A stretch of DNA of 64,000 nt from Vicingaceae bacterium (GCA_026003395.1 BPHE01000009.1:5528-69527), one strand, 5' to 3'; positions 50,083 through 59,826 are shown, counted from the first letter of the stretch. Numbers and translations: made by a program. The notes: generated by a model not told the origin, from the sequence alone.

Positions 50083-51126
50083 ATGAAATATAAATTTTTA
50101 TTGATAGTCGTTTTAGTGTTGAATTTTTCGAATATACTGTTTTCCCAAAACAATGTGGGAATCAACACCAGCACGCCGGACAATAGCGCCATGCTTGATG
50201 TAGTAGCCAACGACAAAGGGGTTTTGATACCTCGGTTAAATTCTGTACAAATGTTGGCGATTCCAAACCCTGCCAAAGGTCTGTTGATTTTCAACACCGA
50301 CAGTAACTGTTTTTGTTACAATGCAGGTACTCCGTTATTGCCCAACTGGGTATCATTATGTAGTGCAGGAGGATCAGGATCGCCCGGTCCGCAAGGCCCG
50401 ACAGGTCCAACCGGTCCCACAGGAGCACAAGGATTGCCCGGGCCACAAGGTCCGACAGGTCCACCGGAGCACAAGGTCCGGCAGGTCCACAAGGGTCCTA
50501 CAGGGCCGACCGGAGCACAAGGACCACAGGGGATACAAGGTCCAACCGGTCCAACCGGAGCACAGGGTCCGGCAGGTCCACAGGGTCCTACAGGGCCGAC
50601 CGGAGCACAAGGACCACAGGGGATACAAGGTCCAACCGGTCCAACTGGAGCGCAGGGTCCGGCAGGTCCACAGGGACCACAGGGTCCTACAGGACCACAG
50701 GGCCCTACGGGGGTTACATTTAAAACCGGTATTTATCTGACTTCTTCAGTAACTATAAATACAGCCACATGGGCAAATGTGCCGGGTATGTCGTTAACTT
50801 TTACCGCTCAAAATAGTAGTGCTTTAATTTTATTTACGGCCTCAGGTTATGGCTACACAAATTCTATGGCTTACGTGCAATTTAGAATATTAAACAATGG
50901 CTCCCCTATAGGAAGTACAAATACAAAAATACAAAGTTATGATGATTGGACCGGAACCGTAACACCTTGGAGTTGTTCATTTTCCAGGGTTATAACAGGA
51001 TTAATTCCCGGAAATACTTATACATTGACCGTACAAGGACAAAGAGGAGGAATTTTAGGTGTTTATGATGCAATAATTGATCCTTCCTTGGCTGGTCATC
51101 ACATGGCTTTAAATGTTGTACAATAG
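50083..51126 (+). CDS. collagen-like triple-helix-repeat secreted protein with globular C-terminal domain (paralog 1)
   Basis: Signal peptide [22 protein letters not shown], a ~95-aa conserved head, about 110 aa of Gly-X-Y ([13 protein letters not shown]...), and a ~140-aa non-repetitive tail. The ORF track starts 51 nt earlier. Confidence 0.75.
   Translation: MKYKFLLIVVLVLNFSNILFSQNNVGINTSTPDNSAMLDVVANDKGVLIPRLNSVQMLAIPNPAKGLLIFNTDSNCFCYNAGTPLLPNWVSLCSAGGSGSPGPQGPTGPTGPTGAQGLPGPQGPTGPPEHKVRQVHKGPTGPTGAQGPQGIQGPTGPTGAQGPAGPQGPTGPTGAQGPQGIQGPTGPTGAQGPAGPQGPQGPTGPQGPTGVTFKTGIYLTSSVTINTATWANVPGMSLTFTAQNSSALILFTASGYGYTNSMAYVQFRILNNGSPIGSTNTKIQSYDDWTGTVTPWSCSFSRVITGLIPGNTYTLTVQGQRGGILGVYDAIIDPSLAGHHMALNVVQ
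50138..50462 (+). repeat. shared 5' cassette of the two collagen-like genes (copy 1)
   Basis: About 325 bp nearly identical to 51198-51522 (offset 1060). I count 4 mismatches by eye. Confidence 0.85.
50494..50673 (+). repeat. 2 x 90-bp in-frame tandem repeat (30-aa Gly-X-Y unit)
   Basis: The unit ggtcctacagggccgaccggagcacaaggaccacaggggatacaaggtccaaccggtccaac[c/t]ggagc[a/g]cagggtccggcaggtccacag occurs twice. Confidence 0.8.
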
Positions 51127-51142
51127 ATAAAAATTTACCATT

Positions 51143-53104
51143 ATGATAAAAAAATGTAGTTTTTTTCTGATATTGTGTGTAATTTATGCTATCGGTGTTT
51201 TTTCCCAAAACAATGTGGGAATCAACACCAGCACGCCGGACAATAGCGCTATGCTTGATGTAGTAGCCAACGACAAAGGGGTTTTGATACCTCGGTTAAA
51301 TTCTGTACAAATGTTGGCGATTCCAAACCCTGCCAAAGGTCTGTTGATTTTCAACACCGACAGTAACTGTTTTTGTTACAATGCAGGTACTCCGTTATTG
51401 CCCAACTGGATATCATTATGTAGTGCAGGAGGATCAGGATCACCCGGTCCGCAAGGCCCGACAGGTCCAACCGGTCCCACAGGAGCACAAGGATTGCCCG
51501 GTCCACAAGGTCCGACAGGTCCGACCGGGGCACAAGGTCCGGCAGGTCCACAAGGTCCGACAGGTCCCACTGGGGCACAAGGTCCGGCAGGCCCACAAGG
51601 TCCGACAGGTCCTACCGGGGCACAAGGTCCGGCAGGTCCACAAGGTCCGACAGGTCCTACTGGGGCACAAGGTCCGGCAGGTCCACAAGGTCCGACAGGT
51701 CCGACAGGTCCTACCTGGACATTGTCTACTATTACATATAATTCCAATGGAACCATTACTCTAAATGGTACAGCCGGTTCGGGAGGACCTATTTCAACCA
51801 CAGGTGGTGCCTGGTTGACAACCGGAAATACGGGAACTACGCCTGCAAGCAATTGGATAGGAACGAATGATAACGTTGATTGGGTGATGAGAACCAATAA
51901 TACCGAAAGGGCCAGAATAACCAATGACGGAAGGTATTTGATCAATCTTGCCACTCCAAATGCCGGCGAAAGATTAACCGTGAATGCAGGAACAGGGTTT
52001 GATGCGGTAAATGGCTATGCTGCAGGTACAAACTTCGGAGGATATTTTCAAAGTACAGGAGGTGCAGGTGTGGGTGCATTCGGCGCAAATGACAATGCAA
52101 GTGGTGCAGGATTGTTTGGACTTAATACTTCAACCGGTGCCGGTACGGTGGGACAAGCAAATTTAGGCAATGGTACGGGTGTTGTAGGTGTCAATTTTGC
52201 TGCCGCAGGAGCGGGTAATGGAGATGGTGTCTATGGTACCACTGCACAAAGCGCAGGATTTGGAGTTTTTGGTACAAACACTAATACGAGCGGAACAGGA
52301 ATTGTCGGTGCCGGAAATAATACAACAGCCGGTTATATAACCACCGGTAGTGGTGGAGCATTTACAGGAACCGGTTTGGGTATTTATGGTTATGCCAATA
52401 CAACTACCGGAACGGGTGCATTATTTAGAGGAAATAATGTCTCTCCTTTTTATACAGTGACAAATGGAAGTGGAAGTGCTTCGAACGGAACTACCCTTGG
52501 TGTGGTTGGTTATTCTTTAAGCACGACCGGTTCAACGGCAAGATTCGGTGGATATTTTGAACAAATTGCTACAATGATTTATGCGTATGTAGGTGGAATA
52601 ACTGCAACAAACACTGCCCGGAAAATAGAGGGTATGGGTACTGTAAATACCGTGGTGAAAGATGTCAATGGCAATCTTGTTGTGCTTTCTGCTCCCGAAG
52701 CACCCGAAAATTTATTCCAGGATTTCGGTGTGGGCCGTTTGGTCAATGGTCGTGCCCATATACAGTTAGATCCAAATTTTTCTAAAAATATTGTCGTCAA
52801 CGAAAAACATCCCTTAAGAGTATTTATTCAATTAAAAGGGGATTGTAAAGGGGTGTATGTTACCAATGAATCTGCTACCGGATTTGATGTGATAGAATTG
52901 CAAGGAGGAAATTCAAATGTGGAGTTTTATTGGTTTGTAACTGCCAATCGAGCTGATGAAGTGAATGCGGATGGAACCGTTGCCCGATATTCTGAAGAAA
53001 GATTTGCACCGGCCATTGGCCCACAACCTAAAACAGAGATGCAACAACGTGAAATAACACCTAGACAGATAAATACTCCTGTGAGAGAAATGAAAAGACG
53101 TTAA
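51143..53104 (+). CDS. collagen-like triple-helix-repeat secreted protein with Gly-rich beta-helix-like and C-terminal domains (paralog 2)
   Basis: Signal peptide, the same head domain as paralog 1, about 100 aa of Gly-X-Y, then degenerate G-x-G-[VIL]-x-G repeats ([42 protein letters not shown]) and a ~200-aa tail. Confidence 0.75.
   Translation: MIKKCSFFLILCVIYAIGVFSQNNVGINTSTPDNSAMLDVVANDKGVLIPRLNSVQMLAIPNPAKGLLIFNTDSNCFCYNAGTPLLPNWISLCSAGGSGSPGPQGPTGPTGPTGAQGLPGPQGPTGPTGAQGPAGPQGPTGPTGAQGPAGPQGPTGPTGAQGPAGPQGPTGPTGAQGPAGPQGPTGPTGPTWTLSTITYNSNGTITLNGTAGSGGPISTTGGAWLTTGNTGTTPASNWIGTNDNVDWVMRTNNTERARITNDGRYLINLATPNAGERLTVNAGTGFDAVNGYAAGTNFGGYFQSTGGAGVGAFGANDNASGAGLFGLNTSTGAGTVGQANLGNGTGVVGVNFAAAGAGNGDGVYGTTAQSAGFGVFGTNTNTSGTGIVGAGNNTTAGYITTGSGGAFTGTGLGIYGYANTTTGTGALFRGNNVSPFYTVTNGSGSASNGTTLGVVGYSLSTTGSTARFGGYFEQIATMIYAYVGGITATNTARKIEGMGTVNTVVKDVNGNLVVLSAPEAPENLFQDFGVGRLVNGRAHIQLDPNFSKNIVVNEKHPLRVFIQLKGDCKGVYVTNESATGFDVIELQGGNSNVEFYWFVTANRADEVNADGTVARYSEERFAPAIGPQPKTEMQQREITPRQINTPVREMKRR
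51198..51522 (+). repeat. shared 5' cassette of the two collagen-like genes (copy 2)
   Basis: See 50138-50462. Confidence 0.85.
51509..51688 (+). repeat. 4 x 45-bp in-frame tandem repeat ([15 protein letters not shown] unit)
   Basis: Units at 51509, 51554, 51599 and 51644, differing only at a few third positions. Confidence 0.85.
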
Positions 53105-53133
53105 ATGAATCCTGATGCATATCCATAGATGTG

Positions 53134-53161
53134 AAGCCGGGTTTTACCCCGGCTTTTTTTT
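53134..53161 (+). terminator. intrinsic terminator after collagen-like paralog 2
   Basis: aagccggg ttttac cccggctt followed by a T-run. Lies inside the 5' extension of the ORF-track fcl ORF. Confidence 0.6.
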
Positions 53162-53201
53162 AAAATTTATATTTTTACGGCGAAAATCAAAAAGCTTAAG
53201 C

Positions 53202-54146
53202 ATGGATAAAAAATCAAGAATATATGTGGCAGGTCACAGAGGTATGGTGGGATCCGCATTGTTAAGAAAGTTGCAAAAAGAAGGATTTGAAAATATTATC
53301 ACCCGGACTTCAAGTGAATTGGATCTTACCAGGCAATATGATGTAGAGAAATTTTTTGAAGAAAATCGTCCTGATTATGTTTTTTTGGCTGCTGCAAAAG
53401 TGGGAGGAATCCTGGCAAACAATACTTACCGCGCAGATTTTATATACAAAAATTTAATGATAGAAGCAAATGTAATCCATGCATCTTATCTTTACGGTGT
53501 TAAAAAACTTTTGTTTCTGGGATCATCATGTATCTATCCAAAAATGGCACCACAGCCGATGAAAGAGGAATATCTGCTCACCGGACCTTTGGAATGCACA
53601 AACGAACCTTATGCCATAGCCAAAATAACCGGCATAAAACTTTGTGAAAATTACAGGAAACAGTACGGATGTAATTTTATATCCGTAATGCCTACAAACT
53701 TATATGGGCCCAATGACAATTATGACTTGCAAAATTCACACGTCTTGCCGGCATTGTTGAGAAAATTTCATACAGCCAAAATAAAAGGGTTGCCTTATGT
53801 TGAGATATGGGGTACAGGCACGCCCAAAAGAGAATTTCTGCATGTGGATGACCTTGCCGATGCCTGTTTGTTTTTAATGGAAAAATATGACGGGGACCTA
53901 TGGTTGAATGTAGGTACCGGTAAGGATATCAGCATCAAGGATCTGGCTTTGATGATAAAAGAAATTGTGGGTTATGAAGGAGAATTAAAATTTGACACGA
54001 CAAAACCGGACGGAACCCCAAGAAAATTGTTGGATGTCAGCAGAATTCATGCTTTGGGATGGAAGCACAAAATAGAACTTGATACAGGTATTCGCATGGT
54101 ATATGAGCAGGAAGTGAAAAAAATGGAATTTTTTGAAAATGCATGA
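53202..54146 (+). CDS. fcl: GDP-L-fucose synthase
   Basis: [56 protein letters not shown]. Collinear with E. coli Fcl as I recall it. The start at MDKKSR follows the terminator. Confidence 0.93.
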   Translation: MDKKSRIYVAGHRGMVGSALLRKLQKEGFENIITRTSSELDLTRQYDVEKFFEENRPDYVFLAAAKVGGILANNTYRADFIYKNLMIEANVIHASYLYGVKKLLFLGSSCIYPKMAPQPMKEEYLLTGPLECTNEPYAIAKITGIKLCENYRKQYGCNFISVMPTNLYGPNDNYDLQNSHVLPALLRKFHTAKIKGLPYVEIWGTGTPKREFLHVDDLADACLFLMEKYDGDLWLNVGTGKDISIKDLALMIKEIVGYEGELKFDTTKPDGTPRKLLDVSRIHALGWKHKIELDTGIRMVYEQEVKKMEFFENA

Positions 54147-55684
54147 AGCGTTATATAGTTTTTTTAATCATATTTCGGATAACAGTCATAGAAAAAAGTT
54201 TCTCACAAACAATAGTATATCCTGTTCCTGTCAACTTTATTCATCAATTGCCTATTGAACAGATCCTAAATGATTCGGGATATTTTACAGCTTCTAAACC
54301 TTTGATGGCCGTTTATGACAAAAACACACATCTTCCCATGTATTCATATAGATTTAAAGAAAGTGATACAAACCGGACAAGATGGTTGAATAAATTCACA
54401 AAAGAAGATTTATTGAAGTTAGATTCATCCGGTTATTATTTATCGTTAAATCCGATGATGGATTTTACAGCAGGAATTGATAATAAATTCAATACATATT
54501 ATTACAATACGAGGGGGATTCAAATTAAGGGTTATGTCAATAAAGTGTCGTTGTATGCCATTTATACCGAAAATCAGGCGGGATTGCCGTTATACCAGCA
54601 TAACTACGTAAAAAATGGAGAGATAGTGTTAATTAATAATGATAGCAGTTATTCAAGGCAGACGGGTTATGGGATGGTACAAGGCAAAGGAAGGTCAAAG
54701 CCTTTTAAAAACAAAGACAGAGATTTTGGTTATTTTCAAGGTCAGTGGGTCTATTCCATCAGTTCGGAGTTAAGGGTAGGTATGGGGTACGACAAATTAT
54801 TTTTTGGACAAGGATACAGGAGTATATTGTGGAGTGATTTTGCTTCGCCGTTTCCTTATGCTTTCTTGCAGTACAACAAAAGAAAAAAATGGCAATATGA
54901 ATTTTATGCCGGACAATTATTGGAAGGTGTAAGGAATAAAAGTTTATTTACAACGGCAGAATCCTATTTTTTTAAAAAAACTTTTTACATATATCATTTT
55001 CAATGGCATGTCGGCAAGAATCTGACTCTTTCGTATTTTGAAAAAAATTTTTGGATGCCCAGTTATTTTGGTTCGAACAATTGGATGCCCGAGGATTATA
55101 TACCAGTTCCTTTTTATCAAATTTTCCGCAAGAATGCTTTTCAAAGAAATATTTACACATCATCGGGAGCCGGTCTGAGTTATTATTTGCCGTCAATGAA
55201 AACAATAATTTTTGGCCAAGGGCTTCATTCATTCCAATATGCCGGTAATTACGCTTGGCAGGCCGGTATCAAAAAATTTGGCAATATATGGTCAATCTGG
55301 GCAGAATATAACCATGCGTACCAAAGTTATTATCACGAGCATCATTTGAACGAAAATATCGTGCATCCGTTTGGCCCTATATTTAAAGAGGTTGTTCTTG
55401 GGACTTTGGTCAACTACCGCAGATGGATGTGTTCAATAGAGTATATCTCAGGAGAATTTCCTTACACAAACAGGCTATACCTTTATGAATTATCGGGATA
55501 TTCGACGAATCAAAATCTGAGAAAAGTTATGTCATGGCGTGGAAGATCCGCATTTATAGTCAATCCTGCATATCAATGGCATTTGTTTATTGAGATTTTA
55601 TCAAGGAAAGCAGGCAATACAAAAGAAAATTACCTAATGTTTGGCATAAATACTAATTTAGTGGTCAAAAATCATTTATATTGA
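54143..55684 (+). CDS. putative outer-membrane beta-barrel protein, Wzi/RemB-like (family assignment tentative)
   Basis: Signal peptide. Aromatic-rich alternating pattern. [12 protein letters not shown] motif. Distant paralog of 56738-58291. ATGA overlap with fcl. Confidence 0.55.
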   Translation: MKRYIVFLIIFRITVIEKSFSQTIVYPVPVNFIHQLPIEQILNDSGYFTASKPLMAVYDKNTHLPMYSYRFKESDTNRTRWLNKFTKEDLLKLDSSGYYLSLNPMMDFTAGIDNKFNTYYYNTRGIQIKGYVNKVSLYAIYTENQAGLPLYQHNYVKNGEIVLINNDSSYSRQTGYGMVQGKGRSKPFKNKDRDFGYFQGQWVYSISSELRVGMGYDKLFFGQGYRSILWSDFASPFPYAFLQYNKRKKWQYEFYAGQLLEGVRNKSLFTTAESYFFKKTFYIYHFQWHVGKNLTLSYFEKNFWMPSYFGSNNWMPEDYIPVPFYQIFRKNAFQRNIYTSSGAGLSYYLPSMKTIIFGQGLHSFQYAGNYAWQAGIKKFGNIWSIWAEYNHAYQSYYHEHHLNENIVHPFGPIFKEVVLGTLVNYRRWMCSIEYISGEFPYTNRLYLYELSGYSTNQNLRKVMSWRGRSAFIVNPAYQWHLFIEILSRKAGNTKENYLMFGINTNLVVKNHLY

Positions 55685-55685
55685 A

Positions 55686-56741
55686 ATGGTCTGGGGAGAA
55701 GCCATATTATCGCTATTGACTGCTTTTTTAATAGCACTGGTAAGTTATCCGGTTTATATCAAAGTGGCTATATACAAACGATTATTTGATGTACCGGACA
55801 AAGAACGGAAAATTCATGAGAAACATATTCCTTCCATGGGAGGCATAATCATGTTTGCCGCAACACTTATTTCATTCTTTTTTTGGTATCCAATTAATGA
55901 TATTCATATAACAAGGTTTTTGGTACCATCGATAATAATATTGGTTTTCATCGGTATAAAAGACGATATCATCGGCACATCGGCTGTATATAAATTATCG
56001 GCGCAAATTTTTGTGGCATTGTTGATGACCTTAGCGGCGGATGTCAGAATAACCGGTTTTCACGGATTGTTCGGTATAAGGGAAATTCCGGAGTATTTGT
56101 CGGTATTATTCACGGTATTTACGTTTATAGTTATCATCAATTCGTTTAATTTGATTGACGGTATTGATGGACTTGCGGGAGGAATTGGATTCAACACCGC
56201 ATTTTGGATGGGTGTTTGGTTTGTCTTGGCCGGAAACAACCTGATGAGTGTATTGGCTTTTGCATTGTCCGGTTCCTTATTGGCATTTTTAATTTTCAAT
56301 ATGCAGCCTGCGAAAGTTTTTATGGGAGATACAGGATCATTGTTTATTGGTTTGTTGATGGCTGTGTTATCTATAGTTTTGATTGAATATGACAAAGATC
56401 TGCTTCCCCATTATATGAAAACATTATCCAAGCCATTGTTGGGTATGGCTATGTTGAGCTATCCTTTATTTGATACATTGAGAGTTTTTTTTATCAGGAT
56501 CATGAAAGGCAGGTCTCCATTTTTGCCGGACCGCAATCATATTCACCACTTATGGATTGATCTTGGGAAATCGCACAAGCAAGCCACATTTATTTTAGTT
56601 TTTTCGAATATTTTTATAGTAATGGTGACAGTATTGGCTACGTATTTTCTTGAAAGTTTACCGGCATTTTTATTGTCATTTGGCACTACTTTCCTGGTTT
56701 ATTTGTGGCCATGGTTTTTAAAAGAAAAGTCAAAGAAATGA
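55686..56741 (+). CDS. glycosyltransferase family 4 polyprenyl-phosphate HexNAc-1-phosphate transferase (WecA/MraY-like)
   Basis: About 10 TM segments. DDIIG, NLIDGIDGLAGG, FMGDTGSLFIG and HIHH motifs. Confidence 0.85.
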   Translation: MVWGEAILSLLTAFLIALVSYPVYIKVAIYKRLFDVPDKERKIHEKHIPSMGGIIMFAATLISFFFWYPINDIHITRFLVPSIIILVFIGIKDDIIGTSAVYKLSAQIFVALLMTLAADVRITGFHGLFGIREIPEYLSVLFTVFTFIVIINSFNLIDGIDGLAGGIGFNTAFWMGVWFVLAGNNLMSVLAFALSGSLLAFLIFNMQPAKVFMGDTGSLFIGLLMAVLSIVLIEYDKDLLPHYMKTLSKPLLGMAMLSYPLFDTLRVFFIRIMKGRSPFLPDRNHIHHLWIDLGKSHKQATFILVFSNIFIVMVTVLATYFLESLPAFLLSFGTTFLVYLWPWFLKEKSKK

Positions 56742-58291
56742 CCATTGCGGGCAAATTGAAATATTTGATTTTTATTTTTTTGATGTCTTCATCAATTTTA
56801 CATGCACAAACGGCCTGGTTATCTCATCCCGTCAAGTTCCTGGCAGTAGAAAAGCAATTGCTCGAGAATAATTATTTTCCGTTGTCATTTCCATTCTTAA
56901 CGCCTCAAGACACTATCATTCAATCGAATTATTTCAAAAAGAATTCAAACTTTTACCTGTTGCCTTTGATCAATAGCTTTGCCGTATTGGGATCAAACAT
57001 GCAATATGCCGACACTTACAACGAATATAATGGAATGTATGTCGAACCCGGCTTGGGAATGTTTTATCGGTATAAGAGACATACATTCACAGCATCCATT
57101 CAAGGCAGTTTTTTTTTACCGACAGATTCACTTCCGGCAGCATACGGAAATTATGCCCCGGTGCCGGGATTTTCCAAAGGTTATGATATAAATGGACGGA
57201 TAGGCGCGTCGAATTATGGAGAGTTTGTTTGGAAATATCATTCTAAAAAATATTTTTCTTTCTCGGCAGGAATAGGGAAATATCAGATAGGAAACGGGTT
57301 ACGTTCATTGTTGCTTTCGCAAGAATCGACATCTTATCCTTTTTTGGCGGCAAATGTAAACTTGGGAAAATTGTCCTATACGCACGTGCTTTGTTTTTGG
57401 AATGATTTCATTGTGCTAAATGACCTAAATGGAAATAATTATACAGTATTTGCATCCAAACCCGGGGTTTTTCATTATTTAACCTACAGACCTTTTCGTT
57501 GGTGGGAGTTTGGTTTGTTTGAGTCGGTGATTTGGCAAGGACAAAACGGTAGGATGCACCGAGGTGTTGAATGGGCCTATCTCAATCCGGTGATATTTAT
57601 TCGGCCTGTTGAGTTTTCGATGGGGTCGGCAGATAATGTATTGGCCGGTTTTCAAAATTTATTCAGGGGCAAAAAATGGATTTTTTATCAGCAATTGATG
57701 TTGGATGAGTTTTTGTTGGAGGAGATCAGAAAACAACAGGGATGGTGGGGAAATAAATTTGCTTTTCAAACAGGATTTACGTTATATGATATTTTAGGTT
57801 TGAAAAATATATTTTTGAAAGGTGAATTGAATGTAATCAGACCATTTACGTATACACATGAGACAAAAAATGCCAACAATTTGGGAATACAAAACTACAG
57901 TCATAACCGGCTGCCATTGGCTCATCCATTTGGTGCAAATTTGATGGAGTATATTTTATGGGCCGGTTGGGATAACCAACAATGGCATGTTTCAGCCACA
58001 TATTCATTTATGCGGCAAGGCAGGGATTCTGTAAATACCAATTTAGGCAGCAATATTTTTTTATCATACTCTACCAGAACCAGAAATTATGCCAATAGAT
58101 TTTTACAGGGACTGCCTTATATTCATCGTTCAATAGGGATAAATATTCAATACAAAATGGGTTTGAACCATGCATTTTTTATTCAGGTAAAAAGTATGTC
58201 TGAAGAATATGGAAGACAAAAAAATGTAAGCTTACTATTGAAAGCGGGAATTCAGACATATTTTAACCGGCAAGGTTTGAAAAAAATTTGA
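56738..58291 (+). CDS. putative outer-membrane beta-barrel protein, Wzi/RemB-like (second paralog)
   Basis: The start MTIAGKLKYLIFIFLMSSSILHAQ gives a signal peptide and an ATGA overlap with the upstream stop. IGNGLRSLLLSQ and PLAHPFGANLME motifs. Confidence 0.55.
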   Translation: MTIAGKLKYLIFIFLMSSSILHAQTAWLSHPVKFLAVEKQLLENNYFPLSFPFLTPQDTIIQSNYFKKNSNFYLLPLINSFAVLGSNMQYADTYNEYNGMYVEPGLGMFYRYKRHTFTASIQGSFFLPTDSLPAAYGNYAPVPGFSKGYDINGRIGASNYGEFVWKYHSKKYFSFSAGIGKYQIGNGLRSLLLSQESTSYPFLAANVNLGKLSYTHVLCFWNDFIVLNDLNGNNYTVFASKPGVFHYLTYRPFRWWEFGLFESVIWQGQNGRMHRGVEWAYLNPVIFIRPVEFSMGSADNVLAGFQNLFRGKKWIFYQQLMLDEFLLEEIRKQQGWWGNKFAFQTGFTLYDILGLKNIFLKGELNVIRPFTYTHETKNANNLGIQNYSHNRLPLAHPFGANLMEYILWAGWDNQQWHVSATYSFMRQGRDSVNTNLGSNIFLSYSTRTRNYANRFLQGLPYIHRSIGINIQYKMGLNHAFFIQVKSMSEEYGRQKNVSLLLKAGIQTYFNRQGLKKI

Positions 58292-58332
58292 ATTTTCTGG
58301 AGTTTTTTTCCTAAAATTGCCCTGTCAAATTT

Positions 58333-59229
58333 ATGAAGACAGTTACCTATCATATCCAAAGGACCGTTGCAGACAAGTTAGTAGATTATTTGGAATTGTC
58401 AAAAGTCAGGTTGAATATATTGGTGGTTTTCTCTTCTGTGTTGGGTTATTTAATTGGATATAACGAAAGCCAAAACTCTTTTTTTGAATTGTTTTTTTTG
58501 ACCGTTGGAGGATTTTTGGTTACAGCATCGGCCAATACCTTCAATCAAATACTGGAAAAGGATTTCGATGCATTGATGCAAAGGACACAAAACCGTCCTT
58601 TACCGGCAGGACGTGTTTCTATACAAGAAGCATTGATATTTGGGGCAATAACATTAATTTTCGGACTTGTAATGTTGGGGGCAGGAATTCATCCACTTGC
58701 CGCTATTTTGGCATTTTTATCCTTTTTTATTTATGTGTTTGTATACACGCCAATGAAAAGAATTTCCATAGTGTCTGTCGTTATTGGCGCATTCCCGGGA
58801 GCTATCCCGCCATTGTTGGGGTGGGTTGCCGCAACAAAAAGTTTTGGACTTGAAGGGGGCTTATTGTTTGCCTTGCAATTTGCCTGGCAGTTCCCACATT
58901 TTTGGTTAATTGCCCGAAAGGGACAAGAAGATTATTTGAAGGCGGGATACAAAATAGTGCCATGGGATGGAAAAAAAGACCAATTGTTTAAATACTTATT
59001 GGCCGGTTCTGTATGGATAATGTTGCCGGTTTCTTTTCTATCATATTACTATCAATTAAATGGCAAAATGTATTTATGGGCAGCCGTGCTTTTGGGAATA
59101 ATCATTTGGTTGACGTCTGTTTTATATCTCAAAGATGAAAAAAAGTATTTTAGAAATTTGATAATATATACACTTTTATATTTGCCATTGATACAGCTTT
59201 TTTATTGGTTTGACAAAATTTGGATTTAA
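58333..59229 (+). CDS. cyoE: protoheme IX farnesyltransferase (heme O synthase)
   Basis: UbiA-family motifs NQILEKDFDALMQRTQNRPLPAG and a second Asp-rich region. 9 TM segments. Confidence 0.9.
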   Translation: MKTVTYHIQRTVADKLVDYLELSKVRLNILVVFSSVLGYLIGYNESQNSFFELFFLTVGGFLVTASANTFNQILEKDFDALMQRTQNRPLPAGRVSIQEALIFGAITLIFGLVMLGAGIHPLAAILAFLSFFIYVFVYTPMKRISIVSVVIGAFPGAIPPLLGWVAATKSFGLEGGLLFALQFAWQFPHFWLIARKGQEDYLKAGYKIVPWDGKKDQLFKYLLAGSVWIMLPVSFLSYYYQLNGKMYLWAAVLLGIIIWLTSVLYLKDEKKYFRNLIIYTLLYLPLIQLFYWFDKIWI

Positions 59230-59825
59230 TGAATGCAAGCATGGGATATTCAATGGAAGACGATATAAAGCAGCAGCAGGAGAGAAGTGCTCTTCCTATG
59301 TTGTGGATAGGAATTGTGAGCATTGTGATGTTATTTGCCGGCTTTACCAGTGCTGCTATTGTCAGCCATATGTCCGGGTCTTGGATTCATATAAAGCTCC
59401 CATGGTATTTCATTGCCAGTACTGCCATCATTGTTGCTTCGAGTTTTACCTATCATTATGCCTTCAAATTAATGCAGCGCAAAGAATTGGCTTTTTCGGT
59501 CAGATGGATAATTTTGTCATTGATATTAGGCGCAGGGTTTGGAATTTTCCAATACTTAGGTTGGAAAGAACTGGTTAAACAAGGGGTATATTTCACCGGG
59601 CCGACAGCCAATCCGGCCGGATCGTATTTTTATGTCATTACTTTTGTCCATTTCCTGCATTATATTGGAGGAATCATCAGTATGTTGGTAGTTTACTTCC
59701 GTGCAAAATCGGGCAAATATTTAGAAAAATCAACCGGATTTAAAATAAGTTTAATTTATTGGCATTTTTTAGATGTCCTTTGGTTATATTTGTACGCTTT
59801 TTTATATTATTTAATAAACAATTGA
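59229..59825 (+). CDS. heme-copper oxidase subunit III family protein (short form)
   Basis: About 198 aa, 5 TM segments. C-terminal YWHFLDVLWLYL motif. The ATG at 59229 overlaps the cyoE TAA; the ORF track uses the TTG at 59220. Confidence 0.75.
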   Translation: MNASMGYSMEDDIKQQQERSALPMLWIGIVSIVMLFAGFTSAAIVSHMSGSWIHIKLPWYFIASTAIIVASSFTYHYAFKLMQRKELAFSVRWIILSLILGAGFGIFQYLGWKELVKQGVYFTGPTANPAGSYFYVITFVHFLHYIGGIISMLVVYFRAKSGKYLEKSTGFKISLIYWHFLDVLWLYLYAFLYYLINN

Positions 59826-59826
59826 T

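Noticed and set aside
51509-51688. Regularly spaced 45-bp repeats that could be mistaken for a CRISPR array
   Set aside because: The repeats are contiguous with no unique spacers, they are in frame within a coding region, and no cas genes are present.
50321-51954. Long ORFs in other frames and on the minus strand across the collagen repeats (50321-50740, 50374-50628, 51376-51954, 51381-51764, 51440-51688)
   Set aside because: They are by-products of the stop-free, GC-rich Gly-X-Y codon repeat. Their products are low-complexity Arg/Pro/Cys/Val strings with no start context. The Gly-X-Y frame has the signal peptide and the flanking domains.
59210-59578. 122-aa ORF in an alternative frame over the first subunit-III-like gene
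   Set aside because: The overlapping frame (59229-59825) has the TM pattern and the YWHF motif of subunit III. The alternative product is Cys/Arg-rich and looks like noise.
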